From sequence record MT446396.1: a stretch of 64,000 nucleotides of DNA. One strand, written 5' to 3'. Shown in pieces: positions 1 to 8,325 of the stretch (position 1 is its first letter; each line of letters begins with the position of its first letter). Under the pieces are notes generated by a model. It did no database searches, was not told the origin of the DNA, and saw nothing but the letters and a program-made list of their open reading frames with translations. Origin of the DNA: Escherichia virus TH22. The position numbers and the translations under genes were made by a program.

Positions 1-12
1 ATTGAACTCTAA

Positions 13-477
13 ATGATTGTTAACTATATTAAGGGCGATATTGTCGCCCTTTTTCTCGAAGGAAACATCATAGCTCATGGCTGTAACTGCTTCCATACAA
101 TGGGTTCAGGCGTTGCTGGCCAACTGGCAAAGGCTTACCCAAAAATTTTAGAAATGGATAAGACAACAACTGAATACGGTTCCCGAGAAAAACTCGGTGA
201 TATGTCTATTGTTTTTAAACATAAGCCAACTGGATTTGGTATGTGCTATAACCTTTATACCCAGTATGAACCGGGTCCAAATCTGGATTATGGCGCTTTA
301 GTAAATTGTATGATAGAATTAAATCTACAAGCAGAAACCCTTTTGTTTAAACCGGTAATTTATATTCCCAGGATTGGCTGTGGTATTGCAGGTGGTGATT
401 GGGATAAGGTTTCCCGGTTAATTGATATGTTTACTCCTGATATTGATTTGATAGTGGTGGATTATGAGTCAAACTAG
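13..477 (+). CDS. macro domain (ADP-ribose binding/hydrolase-like) protein
   Basis: 154-aa ORF; Gly-rich loops HGCNCFHTMGSGVAGQL and RIGCGIAGGDW resemble macro-domain ADP-ribose binding motifs. Confidence 0.65.
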   Translation: MIVNYIKGDIVALFLEGNIIAHGCNCFHTMGSGVAGQLAKAYPKILEMDKTTTEYGSREKLGDMSIVFKHKPTGFGMCYNLYTQYEPGPNLDYGALVNCMIELNLQAETLLFKPVIYIPRIGCGIAGGDWDKVSRLIDMFTPDIDLIVVDYESN

Positions 478-670
478 TATTCTTAAAAATGCTCACTGTG
501 AAAAGTGTAAATGGCCAGTTGTTTTTGCTTTATGCAACGATGAAATGATATGTGATTTTGATTATTGGTGCTATTGTTCTAATAAAGGGTGTGTGAATCA
601 TGCAGGCGCCGGTTTCTATTCCGGGTTTCAACCGTATCCAGACTTTGTAAAACAAGGTGAACCGAAATGA
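464..670 (+). CDS. hypothetical Cys-rich small protein (possible Zn-binding)
   Basis: 68 aa with multiple Cys pairs; start overlaps upstream stop (coupled). Confidence 0.35.
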   Translation: MSQTSILKNAHCEKCKWPVVFALCNDEMICDFDYWCYCSNKGCVNHAGAGFYSGFQPYPDFVKQGEPK

Positions 671-852
671 GTTTAAGTATTAGTCAGAAAAGTAGATTGT
701 TTGAGCTTATCCATGAGCTTTTGGACGAGCATACGGAAGCGAACGCTTTTTATGATGAATACGGCCCGATAGATGCCGAGCATCAGGAAGAATTTGCTAA
801 TCGGTTTGATGAGAAAGAAAACGAATTAATTGCTTATGTGAATACTCTTTAA
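667..852 (+). CDS. hypothetical acidic small protein
   Basis: 61-aa ORF overlapping neighbours; acidic composition. Confidence 0.35.
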   Translation: MSLSISQKSRLFELIHELLDEHTEANAFYDEYGPIDAEHQEEFANRFDEKENELIAYVNTL

Positions 853-861
853 GAAGGTGAT

Positions 862-1434
862 ATGGCGAGTTTAATTTATCATTACGCGGCAATGAATGCA
901 GGCAAAACAGCTTCATTGCTGACTGCAGCTTATTCCTATAAAGAGCGTGGAATGAGTGTGCTTTTGCTAAAACCTGTTATTGATAATCGGGACTCGGAAT
1001 CTGAAATTAAATCACGTATTGGTATTAGCCAGGAAGCAAACCTGGTAACGGCCGACATGAACCTGTTTGAATTCTATAAATGGGCCGAGTCTCAAAAGGA
1101 TATCCATTGTGTCCTGGTCGATGAAGCTCAATTTTTGTTACCAGAGCAAATTGACCAGTTAGCACGAGTGGTTGATAATTATAATATCCCCGTTATGTGT
1201 TACGGGCTAAGAACAGATTTTCGGGGTCAGTTATTTCCCGGTTCGGCCAGACTTCTGGCTATTTCGGATAAACTGGTTGAATTAAAGGGCGTCTGCCATT
1301 GCGGCCGGAAAGCAACCATGACCGCTCGAGTAATCGACGGTGCTGCTGTAAAGGTCGGCGAGCAAGTATTGGTCGGTGGGAATGAATCGTACGTATCTTT
1401 ATGCAGGAAACATTGGCTCGAATTGACAAGCTGA
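862..1434 (+). CDS. tk: thymidine kinase
   Basis: 190 aa; P-loop AMNAGKTASLL, Zn-ribbon CHCGRKA...C; closely matches T4 Tk. Confidence 0.95.
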   Translation: MASLIYHYAAMNAGKTASLLTAAYSYKERGMSVLLLKPVIDNRDSESEIKSRIGISQEANLVTADMNLFEFYKWAESQKDIHCVLVDEAQFLLPEQIDQLARVVDNYNIPVMCYGLRTDFRGQLFPGSARLLAISDKLVELKGVCHCGRKATMTARVIDGAAVKVGEQVLVGGNESYVSLCRKHWLELTS

Positions 1435-1441
1435 GGTCCTT

Positions 1442-1717
1442 ATGATATATAAGATTTGGACGTATATCTCTATTTTTGTTATTGCTGGAATTGCATTTAT
1501 CCCCACACAAACAGATAGCGAGAGATATGAAAGGGAAATTGAAATAGTAGCAAGCACGTACCATTCTGTTAATAAAGAATGCCCGAATAAAAATGGAATA
1601 AATTTACAAAAAGCACATTATATGCTGACTGTTACTAGCCCAGTGCAAAGAATATGGGTTGATAGACATTTTTCTGATTTATTTGCAATATATTGTTTCA
1701 AGTTTAAAAGATTATAA
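1442..1717 (+). CDS. hypothetical membrane protein
   Basis: 91 aa with N-terminal hydrophobic segment. Confidence 0.35.
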   Translation: MIYKIWTYISIFVIAGIAFIPTQTDSERYEREIEIVASTYHSVNKECPNKNGINLQKAHYMLTVTSPVQRIWVDRHFSDLFAIYCFKFKRL

Positions 1718-1720
1718 ATA
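1713..1720 (+). promoter_or_regulatory. T4-type late promoter core TATAAATA
   Basis: exact TATAAATA about 70 nt upstream of the rI-like start. Confidence 0.45.
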
Positions 1721-1791
1721 CAGTTACTAACTAGTATTCCGCTATGTTAAGGCTGCAAAGCGTAATCATGACCAACAATAAGGAGTCCTTT

Positions 1792-2088
1792 ATGGACCTT
1801 ATTCGAGGACTTTCTCTAAGTCTATTACTAATGGGCTGTTTAGGCCCAAATCTGTCCTCTGCTACAGATGGTAAATTTACCCAGTACGCAGATAGTGCGA
1901 TGCAAATCTATTCGCAATTCAAAGAACCCAGCGTCGAGCAGTCCGAACAATTTTGGGCTTTTATTAAAACCGAATGGAACAATAAGAGTCAATGTGTAAA
2001 TGAAATCACATGTCAAATTGATGGCCGGGCTGCTGCAGTCGAATACGCTAAATTAATGAAGGTAAAATTGGAAGATGAAATTCGATGA
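1792..2088 (+). CDS. rI: RI antiholin (lysis inhibition)
   Basis: 98 aa from ATG with AGGAG SD; N-terminal signal/SAR-like segment; C-terminus (SVEQSEQFWAF...C...C...KVKLEDE) resembles T4 RI; downstream of tk as in T4. Confidence 0.55.
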   Translation: MDLIRGLSLSLLLMGCLGPNLSSATDGKFTQYADSAMQIYSQFKEPSVEQSEQFWAFIKTEWNNKSQCVNEITCQIDGRAAAVEYAKLMKVKLEDEIR

Positions 2089-2458
2089 TTTCGTAACAGG
2101 TCGTGGGTCTGAGGTGGATTCATACATTGGGTGGCTATTAGTCTCTTTAGCATATTTTAAGTCCGCCCATCTTGAAACCAAAAGTTACGCCCGCCATAAA
2201 GCTTATGATTTCTACTTCACAGAAATCCAAGGTCCACTCGACCAGTTCAGTGAGCAATGGTTAGGTTACAGCGGGAAACAATACAAAGCTGCATTACCGT
2301 CCGCCTCGGACTTGCCGAAAGATACAATTTTGTTTTTAGATGAAATGATTAAAAGCTCTGAAAGAGTCTATAAAGTTGTGCCCAAGGCTATTCAATCGAC
2401 TCTGGACGATATCGTTGGCGTTTTCTTTCAAACCAAGTACCTGTTAACATTAGAGTAA
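2075..2458 (+). CDS. hypothetical protein
   Basis: 127-aa ORF, coupled to rI. Confidence 0.35.
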   Translation: MKFDDFVTGRGSEVDSYIGWLLVSLAYFKSAHLETKSYARHKAYDFYFTEIQGPLDQFSEQWLGYSGKQYKAALPSASDLPKDTILFLDEMIKSSERVYKVVPKAIQSTLDDIVGVFFQTKYLLTLE

Positions 2459-2462
2459 TTCA

Positions 2463-2492
2463 AAAGGTCTGCCTTCGGGTGGACCTTTTTTC
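2463..2492 (+). terminator. stem-loop + T-run terminator
   Basis: GGTC..TTCGG..GACC hairpin followed by TTTTTT. Confidence 0.5.
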
Positions 2493-2497
2493 ATTTA

Positions 2498-2558
2498 GGG
2501 GTTTACATCCTCATCAAAAGGGTGTACTATTATCCCATCAACTACTGAGGAGAATACA
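2498..2558 (+). promoter_or_regulatory. early promoter with conserved leader (family A: CATCAACTACTGAGGAG)
   Basis: GTTTACA -35-like, TACTAT -10-like, then conserved leader and SD before ATG 2559. Confidence 0.5.
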
Positions 2559-2762
2559 ATGAGAATTAAAAATATCAAGATTGATGCAGTTAATACTGGT
2601 GATGAGGTTGTTATCTATCTTAATGATTATGCAATCTTTATGGACAGTGCCACTGATGAAGAAGTGGTTGAACTCTTACAGAAAGCTCCATTTGAACTGT
2701 GTGAAGAAGATGCTACCCATCTTTCATCAGCAATTTTCTCATTATCATATGTGGTGGAATAA
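2559..2762 (+). CDS. hypothetical protein
   Basis: 67-aa ORF directly after family-A leader. Confidence 0.35.
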   Translation: MRIKNIKIDAVNTGDEVVIYLNDYAIFMDSATDEEVVELLQKAPFELCEEDATHLSSAIFSLSYVVE

Positions 2763-2998
2763 TGAAACTTACAAATACCATGGTTTCATTGGAATATGAA
2801 ACCAATAATCATATTCTTGAAATTAAGATATTTGATGACGGAAGCATATTTGCTGATTACCGCGGATATAGAATTCGCCTGGAAAAGGAACAGCTTAAAG
2901 ATGTTGAGCTTTTTAAAGAAACATTAAAAAGTTGTGGGTGTAAACTGAAAAATACTCAAGTCCAAGAATTAATTTCTACCATCAACAAATACTGGTGA
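2762..2998 (+). CDS. hypothetical protein
   Basis: 78-aa ORF, coupled. Confidence 0.3.
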   Translation: MKLTNTMVSLEYETNNHILEIKIFDDGSIFADYRGYRIRLEKEQLKDVELFKETLKSCGCKLKNTQVQELISTINKYW

Positions 2999-3002
2999 TA
3001 TT

Positions 3003-3185
3003 ATGTTAACTACTGAACAAATTGAAAAAATTATTAAACTCGCCTGGCATATTGAAAATGCATCTAATGACCTGGCAGTGGAATTATGTGAAGGCTATTC
3101 ATATTCTGGAATAGAACAGTGTAAGCGTGATTTGAATAGTTCTAAAGCTAATTTGGTTGAATATCTGAATGGGTTGAAAGCATAA
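3003..3185 (+). CDS. hypothetical protein
   Basis: 60-aa ORF. Confidence 0.3.
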   Translation: MLTTEQIEKIIKLAWHIENASNDLAVELCEGYSYSGIEQCKRDLNSSKANLVEYLNGLKA

Positions 3186-3442
3186 TGGCTGTTGGATTTG
3201 CAAAAGATGGCGCTGAACAGTTAGAGATGGAAGCGGTTGTACAAGCCGCTATCACCCATGCGAGAGCACAGGTTGCAGTTGAAAGGGAGTCTGCTGAATT
3301 CTGTTTTGACTGCGACGAAAAAATTCCTGAAGCGCGGAGACAAGCGATTAAGGGTGTGATATATTGTGTTGGTTGTCAATCAATGCATGATGAAATTTTT
3401 AAACGTGAGCCACGTAACTGTTGGCATAGGAGCATGAGATGA
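3185..3442 (+). CDS. DksA/TraR-type C4 zinc-finger protein
   Basis: CFDC-x17-CVGC spacing typical of DksA/TraR C4 zinc fingers. Confidence 0.55.
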   Translation: MAVGFAKDGAEQLEMEAVVQAAITHARAQVAVERESAEFCFDCDEKIPEARRQAIKGVIYCVGCQSMHDEIFKREPRNCWHRSMR

Positions 3443-3533
3443 TTTACTATCTTGAACCTTGGGCTTGGTTAATAATGGCTGTAGGGCCTGTTTTAATTGG
3501 TTTATTCTTTTCATGGTTAGCGAGGAAACTGTA

Positions 3534-3749
3534 ATGTTATACGACCCAAGTGGTAATTCTGAAAATGGTGTGATTGTTCTGGAGCCTGAGCATCCGACTG
3601 GTGAGGTGTACCGTACCGTTGAAGTGTGTGAATGTAATTTCGTTGAAGGAAATACCGGTGGGATTTCCATTGAGCAAGATGATGATGTTATTTACCTGGA
3701 TGCAAGCCAAGTAGAAGCTCTTTATAGTATTTTAAAACATAACCGTTAA
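3534..3749 (+). CDS. hypothetical acidic protein
   Basis: 71 aa from ATG with GAGGAA SD. Confidence 0.3.
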   Translation: MLYDPSGNSENGVIVLEPEHPTGEVYRTVEVCECNFVEGNTGGISIEQDDDVIYLDASQVEALYSILKHNR

Positions 3750-3761
3750 GAGGAAATTAAA

Positions 3762-4316
3762 ATGATTATTGAAAAATCTGGGTTGTTTGGTGACCTGACT
3801 GCCGATGTAATTGATAATGCAATCGTGCTTAAACAAGAAGATGATACAGTCGTTTTGACCATTCAAGATATTCAGAACCTGTACAAGTTGTCTGTTATTG
3901 ATGCAGAGCAGTATATTCGAACTCATAATCGTGTCTTTAAAATTAACGATGAAGTTGTGGCTTGGTTGTATCGAGGTGAAAATGGCTTTAATCTGGAAAC
4001 CGAATGGGCTTGTTTATCCATTAAAAACCGTTCAGAATTTTTAGAGAAAATTTTTAAACTGTTCCAAGAAGAGTGTGTACCTGAGCTCGAATGGAAAATC
4101 CATGGTTGTGATGCTATTATGCATTCAAGCGAAACCTTTGAAGGTGATGAAGAAGGTGATTATAATACTGAATTCAGTGTCCACCAACATCAAGGTCGCG
4201 ATATGTTATCTATCATCCAGACCCACGATGGTGAAGCTGAAGTAGTATTCACTAAAGACGAATTAAAAGTTCTGGTAAAATACCTGAACACTGTTATCCC
4301 AACTATGAACGCATAA
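3762..4316 (+). CDS. hypothetical strongly acidic protein
   Basis: 184 aa, rich in Asp/Glu. Confidence 0.4.
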   Translation: MIIEKSGLFGDLTADVIDNAIVLKQEDDTVVLTIQDIQNLYKLSVIDAEQYIRTHNRVFKINDEVVAWLYRGENGFNLETEWACLSIKNRSEFLEKIFKLFQEECVPELEWKIHGCDAIMHSSETFEGDEEGDYNTEFSVHQHQGRDMLSIIQTHDGEAEVVFTKDELKVLVKYLNTVIPTMNA

Positions 4317-4325
4317 GGAATTACA

Positions 4326-4778
4326 ATGATTATTAATGAAAACGCCTGGCACGTTAAATTACACGACCGTTTTTATGGCCATTATTCTCGCCCACACTCT
4401 TTGTGTGCTTACTTCTGGAAAATTGTATGGGTCTGCTTTATTTGTTCTGTGCTTGCAGGTAGTACAATCTTCGCCTTAACTGTTGCAGGTGCTGGTGTAT
4501 TGGAGCAGTTCTTTGTATTAAGTACTCCTGTTGGTTTAGGGTTAGGGTTTATTTTAGGACTAGCTACAATGGCTCTTATTTTGGCGGTAGCATTTGGTTT
4601 AATATATGGTCTAATGAATTTATGGGCCTGGTATGATTTACGTAAAGAAGAAAAAGAATGGGAACGAATTAAAGCCAAACGCGAAGGAAAGGAAATTAAA
4701 GAAAACGTTTTCATTCAATATATCAAAGCTCGTAAATCTAAGATGTGTCCGGTAATCCATTTTGAGGCGAAGAAATGA
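4326..4778 (+). CDS. hypothetical integral membrane protein
   Basis: 150 aa; 2-3 hydrophobic helices then charged KEEKEWERIKAKREGKE tail; stop overlaps next start (ATGA). Confidence 0.45.
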   Translation: MIINENAWHVKLHDRFYGHYSRPHSLCAYFWKIVWVCFICSVLAGSTIFALTVAGAGVLEQFFVLSTPVGLGLGFILGLATMALILAVAFGLIYGLMNLWAWYDLRKEEKEWERIKAKREGKEIKENVFIQYIKARKSKMCPVIHFEAKK

Positions 4779-5785
4779 GAACAGTTATGAAGGGATATTT
4801 TGGGTCCCATCTTTATGGAACAAGTACTCCGGAATCTGATGTCGATTTTAAGGAAATCTTTGTTCCACATCCACGTGATATTCTGTTAGGTACGGCAATG
4901 AATCATACAAACTTGAACACGAATAACACGGCATCCAAAAACACTAAAGACGATGTTGACCACGAGCTTTATAGCCTGAAATATTTCTTTAAACTGGCGG
5001 CTGAAGGTGAAACTGTTGCTCTGGACATGATTCACACTCCGGCTAACCTGGTAGTCAAATCCGATTTACCAGATGTATGGAAGTTTATCCAAGACAACCG
5101 TTCACGGTTCTATACGACCAACATGAAAGCATATTTGGGGTACGTCCGTAAGCAAGCTTCAAAATATGGTGTTAAAGGTTCTAGACTGGCTGCTTTACGT
5201 GGTGTACTGGCAATTGTTAACCAGATTCCTGAACAGTGGGTTGACTACCAAGAAGATGGTTCGACTAAACAACGTCGCACTAAAGTTGAAGATATTAAGC
5301 ATCGTCTCCCAGAGAATGAATTCTGTGAATGGGTATTCCATAACCATGAGAAAACCGGTCCTCAAACGTTTTATACTGTTCTCGGTCGCAAATACCAAAC
5401 TACTTTGTCATTAATCGAGCTTAAGCAATCTCTGAATAAACTTGATGCCGAATATGGTGAACGCGCTCGTAAGGCCGAAGCTAACGAAGGTATTGACTGG
5501 AAAGCTCTGAGCCACGCTTATCGTGCTGGATATCAGTTGAAGGAAATTTATATGACCGGTGACCTTCAATATCCTTTACGAACAGCCCCATTTATCCTTG
5601 AAATCAAACAAGGGCTACATGCTTTTAAAGATGTACAAGCTGAACTTGAAGCAATCGTCGATGAAGTCGAAACCAATGCCATCTGGGCGGCCAAGAACGG
5701 CATGCCCGATAAGGTAGACATGAAGTTCTGGGACAAGTTTGTTGAAGAGGTATATCTTGACAACCACAATTCCTATTATCGTTAA
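4775..5785 (+). CDS. Pol-beta superfamily nucleotidyltransferase (family unresolved)
   Basis: 336 aa; N-terminal GSHLYGTSTPESDVDF (GS...SDxD) nucleotidyltransferase signature, further Asp in VALDMIH; long helical C-terminal region. Confidence 0.6.
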   Translation: MRTVMKGYFGSHLYGTSTPESDVDFKEIFVPHPRDILLGTAMNHTNLNTNNTASKNTKDDVDHELYSLKYFFKLAAEGETVALDMIHTPANLVVKSDLPDVWKFIQDNRSRFYTTNMKAYLGYVRKQASKYGVKGSRLAALRGVLAIVNQIPEQWVDYQEDGSTKQRRTKVEDIKHRLPENEFCEWVFHNHEKTGPQTFYTVLGRKYQTTLSLIELKQSLNKLDAEYGERARKAEANEGIDWKALSHAYRAGYQLKEIYMTGDLQYPLRTAPFILEIKQGLHAFKDVQAELEAIVDEVETNAIWAAKNGMPDKVDMKFWDKFVEEVYLDNHNSYYR

Positions 5786-5980
5786 TGAAGAAATGAAGGT
5801 CTTCTTATCATATGGAAGACCCAATAAAGGTCGGCGCTGGTATCTCGAAGCAGTCTGTCGGAAAACTGGCAGACGAATCAACATTAAGTACACGTGTAAA
5901 CCAACTTCCAAACAAACCAGGCGTTTTGTTAACTGGGCTATCAATATTATAAGATTCCATAATTTTTGGAGTGCAATCTA

Positions 5981-6004
5981 AGGACCCTTCGGGGTCCTTT
6001 TTTA
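5981..6004 (+). terminator. intrinsic terminator
   Basis: GGACCCTTCGGGGTCC hairpin + T-run. Confidence 0.7.
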
Positions 6005-6084
6005 TTTTAAAAAGTAGTGTACAACAAGATGGTCATGAGGCATAATGATTCCATACTGAGTTACCAAATAAACTGGAGAATAAA
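6005..6084 (+). promoter_or_regulatory. early promoter with conserved leader (family B: CCATACTGAGTTACCAAA)
   Basis: AGTAGTGTACA, CATAAT -10, conserved leader, GGAGAATAAAATG. Confidence 0.55.
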
Positions 6085-6291
6085 ATGTTAGAATTAATCA
6101 AAGCTGCTGGTGAAAAAGGTCTGATGGTTAACACTCGTGACCCTGAACAACGTCAAGCATTTGGTGAGTTAAAAGCCAAAGGTCTGGTTAAAGCATCCCT
6201 TGGTATTGGTAATGCTTTGCGTGTGACTTTGACCCCTGCAGGTAAAGCAATGTTCTTCCCTAAACCATTACCAAAACGTCGTCGCAAGTGA
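6085..6291 (+). CDS. hypothetical basic-tailed protein
   Basis: 68-aa ORF after promoter cassette. Confidence 0.35.
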   Translation: MLELIKAAGEKGLMVNTRDPEQRQAFGELKAKGLVKASLGIGNALRVTLTPAGKAMFFPKPLPKRRRK

Positions 6292-6297
6292 GGAATT

Positions 6298-6600
6298 ATG
6301 AAAAAGTATGAAATTGACATGATTGATGCATGTCTGAAATCTGCTGACCATTTTAAATTGAAAATGCACAAGTTAAGAGGAATGGTCAAAACTCCAGAAG
6401 AGAAGAAACGTTATGCTCTGAAGGAGAAATGTAAAGCTCTTATCATGATGGATAAGCTGCAAATGGTCGCCGCAGAAGCTCACAGGACAAGAAAAGCAGA
6501 GGCTCTTGGTGTTTATATGGCTGAACAGATTCATCGCGCACAGCAAGCCGTTAAGAGCGCCTGGTTCAGTGGTGAAAATACTGAAAGAACTTTTAATTAA
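6298..6600 (+). CDS. hypothetical protein
   Basis: 100-aa ORF. Confidence 0.35.
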   Translation: MKKYEIDMIDACLKSADHFKLKMHKLRGMVKTPEEKKRYALKEKCKALIMMDKLQMVAAEAHRTRKAEALGVYMAEQIHRAQQAVKSAWFSGENTERTFN

Positions 6601-6602
6601 AT

Positions 6603-6670
6603 GTGTACACAAGTATGGGAGCGTGGCATAATGTTCCTATACTGAGTTACCAAACAAACGGGAGAATAAA
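6603..6670 (+). promoter_or_regulatory. early promoter with family-B leader
   Basis: GTGTACA, CATAAT, CTATACTGAGTTACCAAA, GGAGAATAAAATG. Confidence 0.55.
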
Positions 6671-7195
6671 ATGGAAGCCAAATCAATCTTTAATCTGATT
6701 AATTACAATAATGGTAATTTTAAATCAGAAGCACAAAGCAAGTTCTTTAATGATGTTGCTTGTGCAGGTGAGATTACAGTATCAGGTGGTCAAACTTATA
6801 AAAACGCCTGGAACTGGATTGTGACTGTTGATTCAGTTGGTATTGTTGATGTGTATAAAAACACTAACAAAAACCGCTCTTTGTTCTGGTCAAGAGAGAC
6901 TAATGCTGAGTATCAAGCGGCAAGAGCAAAGAAAAATATGCCAACTGAATCTGATATCCAAAACATCAAATCAGATATCCAATATTATGATGGTCTGATT
7001 GCTGAACAACAAGCAGTGCTTGATAAGTTCAATGAAATCAAAGCATGTAAAGAGATTCCTGAATTCATGCGGGAATCAGTTAATGAACAATACAATCTCA
7101 CTTCAGAGCGTATTGAAACCTATACCAAACAAAGAGCAGAGCGCCAGGTACTCCTTCAGAAGTTTGAAGAGCGTTTAAAGACGGTTCTCGCATAA
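6671..7195 (+). CDS. hypothetical protein with C-terminal coiled coil
   Basis: 174-aa ORF. Confidence 0.4.
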   Translation: MEAKSIFNLINYNNGNFKSEAQSKFFNDVACAGEITVSGGQTYKNAWNWIVTVDSVGIVDVYKNTNKNRSLFWSRETNAEYQAARAKKNMPTESDIQNIKSDIQYYDGLIAEQQAVLDKFNEIKACKEIPEFMRESVNEQYNLTSERIETYTKQRAERQVLLQKFEERLKTVLA

Positions 7196-7204
7196 ACGCT
7201 TTAT

Positions 7205-7258
7205 ACCAAGGATGGTATAATGGTTCTGACCTTTGATTAATCTATTGAGGAAATTATT
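7205..7258 (+). promoter_or_regulatory. early promoter (CCAAGGATGGTATAATGG type)
   Basis: TATAAT at 7216-7221 preceded by CCAAGGATGG; same motif recurs at 9222. Confidence 0.45.
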
Positions 7259-8107
7259 ATGTCACAAGCAATTAATGAAATTCGTTCTGAAGTTAAAAAA
7301 GTTGTTAAATTTAACAGTATTCCAAGCACTAAAGATGTGGTTTTAAATGTTCTATATATGATGTGGAATAAGTTCAATGTTTGTACTAATTCTGCTGAAT
7401 TCACTAAAATCTTTAATAAAACAACGGGCTTGCTTACATTAGAAGACCGAGTCATGAAATCTCTTCAACGTTCAGGTATGTTGTCTCGTGCTAATGTCAA
7501 AATTTTACTTAAAAATTATAATAAAGGTTATGACCTTTATGGTCGTGCGATTAGCACCATGACATTTGATGAAGTGGTCAAAGACCTTCATACTAACCAA
7601 CGACGTTTATTAGCTCTTGGTGCTCGTTTAGCAAGCGGTCAAGATAAACAAATGACCTTTAAAACCAATAATTCTTTAGATTATAAACTATTTAATGTTA
7701 TTAAAGGTCAAAATGAAGGCGAATACAGTATTTCTTCTTTTAGCGGATGTCAATACGAAAACTGGAAATTCCACCTCCGTTTGGCTTTGTCTGAACTCGA
7801 ACATCATGGGGTTCTTACCTTCTATGATGTTAAAACTGGAGGTGTCCAGCGCATTAAACTATGTCAAATTAAAGACCGAGTTGTAGTTGAGAGTCCTTCA
7901 GAGCAAGCTCCTAAAATGGAACCTGTTCCAGTGCGAAGCAATGAAAAATATTCAGAGCAAATTGAGCTTTTCACTAAACAGATTGAAGAACTTAACATCA
8001 CTATCCAGCAGCAAGATGATGAAATTTTCCGTCTGTCAGGACTGAACAATGCAGCGAAAGCCGAACGTCAGAAACTGATGAACGTTATTGAATTGCTTAA
8101 GGATTAA
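7259..8107 (+). CDS. hypothetical protein with C-terminal coiled coil
   Basis: 282-aa ORF. Confidence 0.45.
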   Translation: MSQAINEIRSEVKKVVKFNSIPSTKDVVLNVLYMMWNKFNVCTNSAEFTKIFNKTTGLLTLEDRVMKSLQRSGMLSRANVKILLKNYNKGYDLYGRAISTMTFDEVVKDLHTNQRRLLALGARLASGQDKQMTFKTNNSLDYKLFNVIKGQNEGEYSISSFSGCQYENWKFHLRLALSELEHHGVLTFYDVKTGGVQRIKLCQIKDRVVVESPSEQAPKMEPVPVRSNEKYSEQIELFTKQIEELNITIQQQDDEIFRLSGLNNAAKAERQKLMNVIELLKD

Positions 8108-8108
8108 T

Positions 8109-8324
8109 ATGACCATTTTGATTATCAGTATTATTTTTGGTTATCTTTTGACGGGATTTATTACTACCCTGTTGCTCCACAAGTTTGATAGTCCCTACGA
8201 AAGTGGGGACGAGTATGATGCGGTGTTCACAACATTTTGCTGGCCTATATTCTGGGTAGTCGCTGTTATAATGTGTGTGGCCTGGCCTTTTGCTAAACTC
8301 TATAAAAAATTATTTGGATTATGA
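8109..8324 (+). CDS. hypothetical small membrane protein
   Basis: about 72 aa, two hydrophobic segments; AAGGA SD. Confidence 0.35.
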   Translation: MTILIISIIFGYLLTGFITTLLLHKFDSPYESGDEYDAVFTTFCWPIFWVVAVIMCVAWPFAKLYKKLFGL

Positions 8325-8325
8325 T

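Noticed and set aside
5793-5981. Basic 63-aa ORF in the 200-bp gap after the nucleotidyltransferase gene
   Set aside because: Weak SD and no leader cassette; the gap may instead be a structured 3' UTR. Not called as a gene but not excluded.
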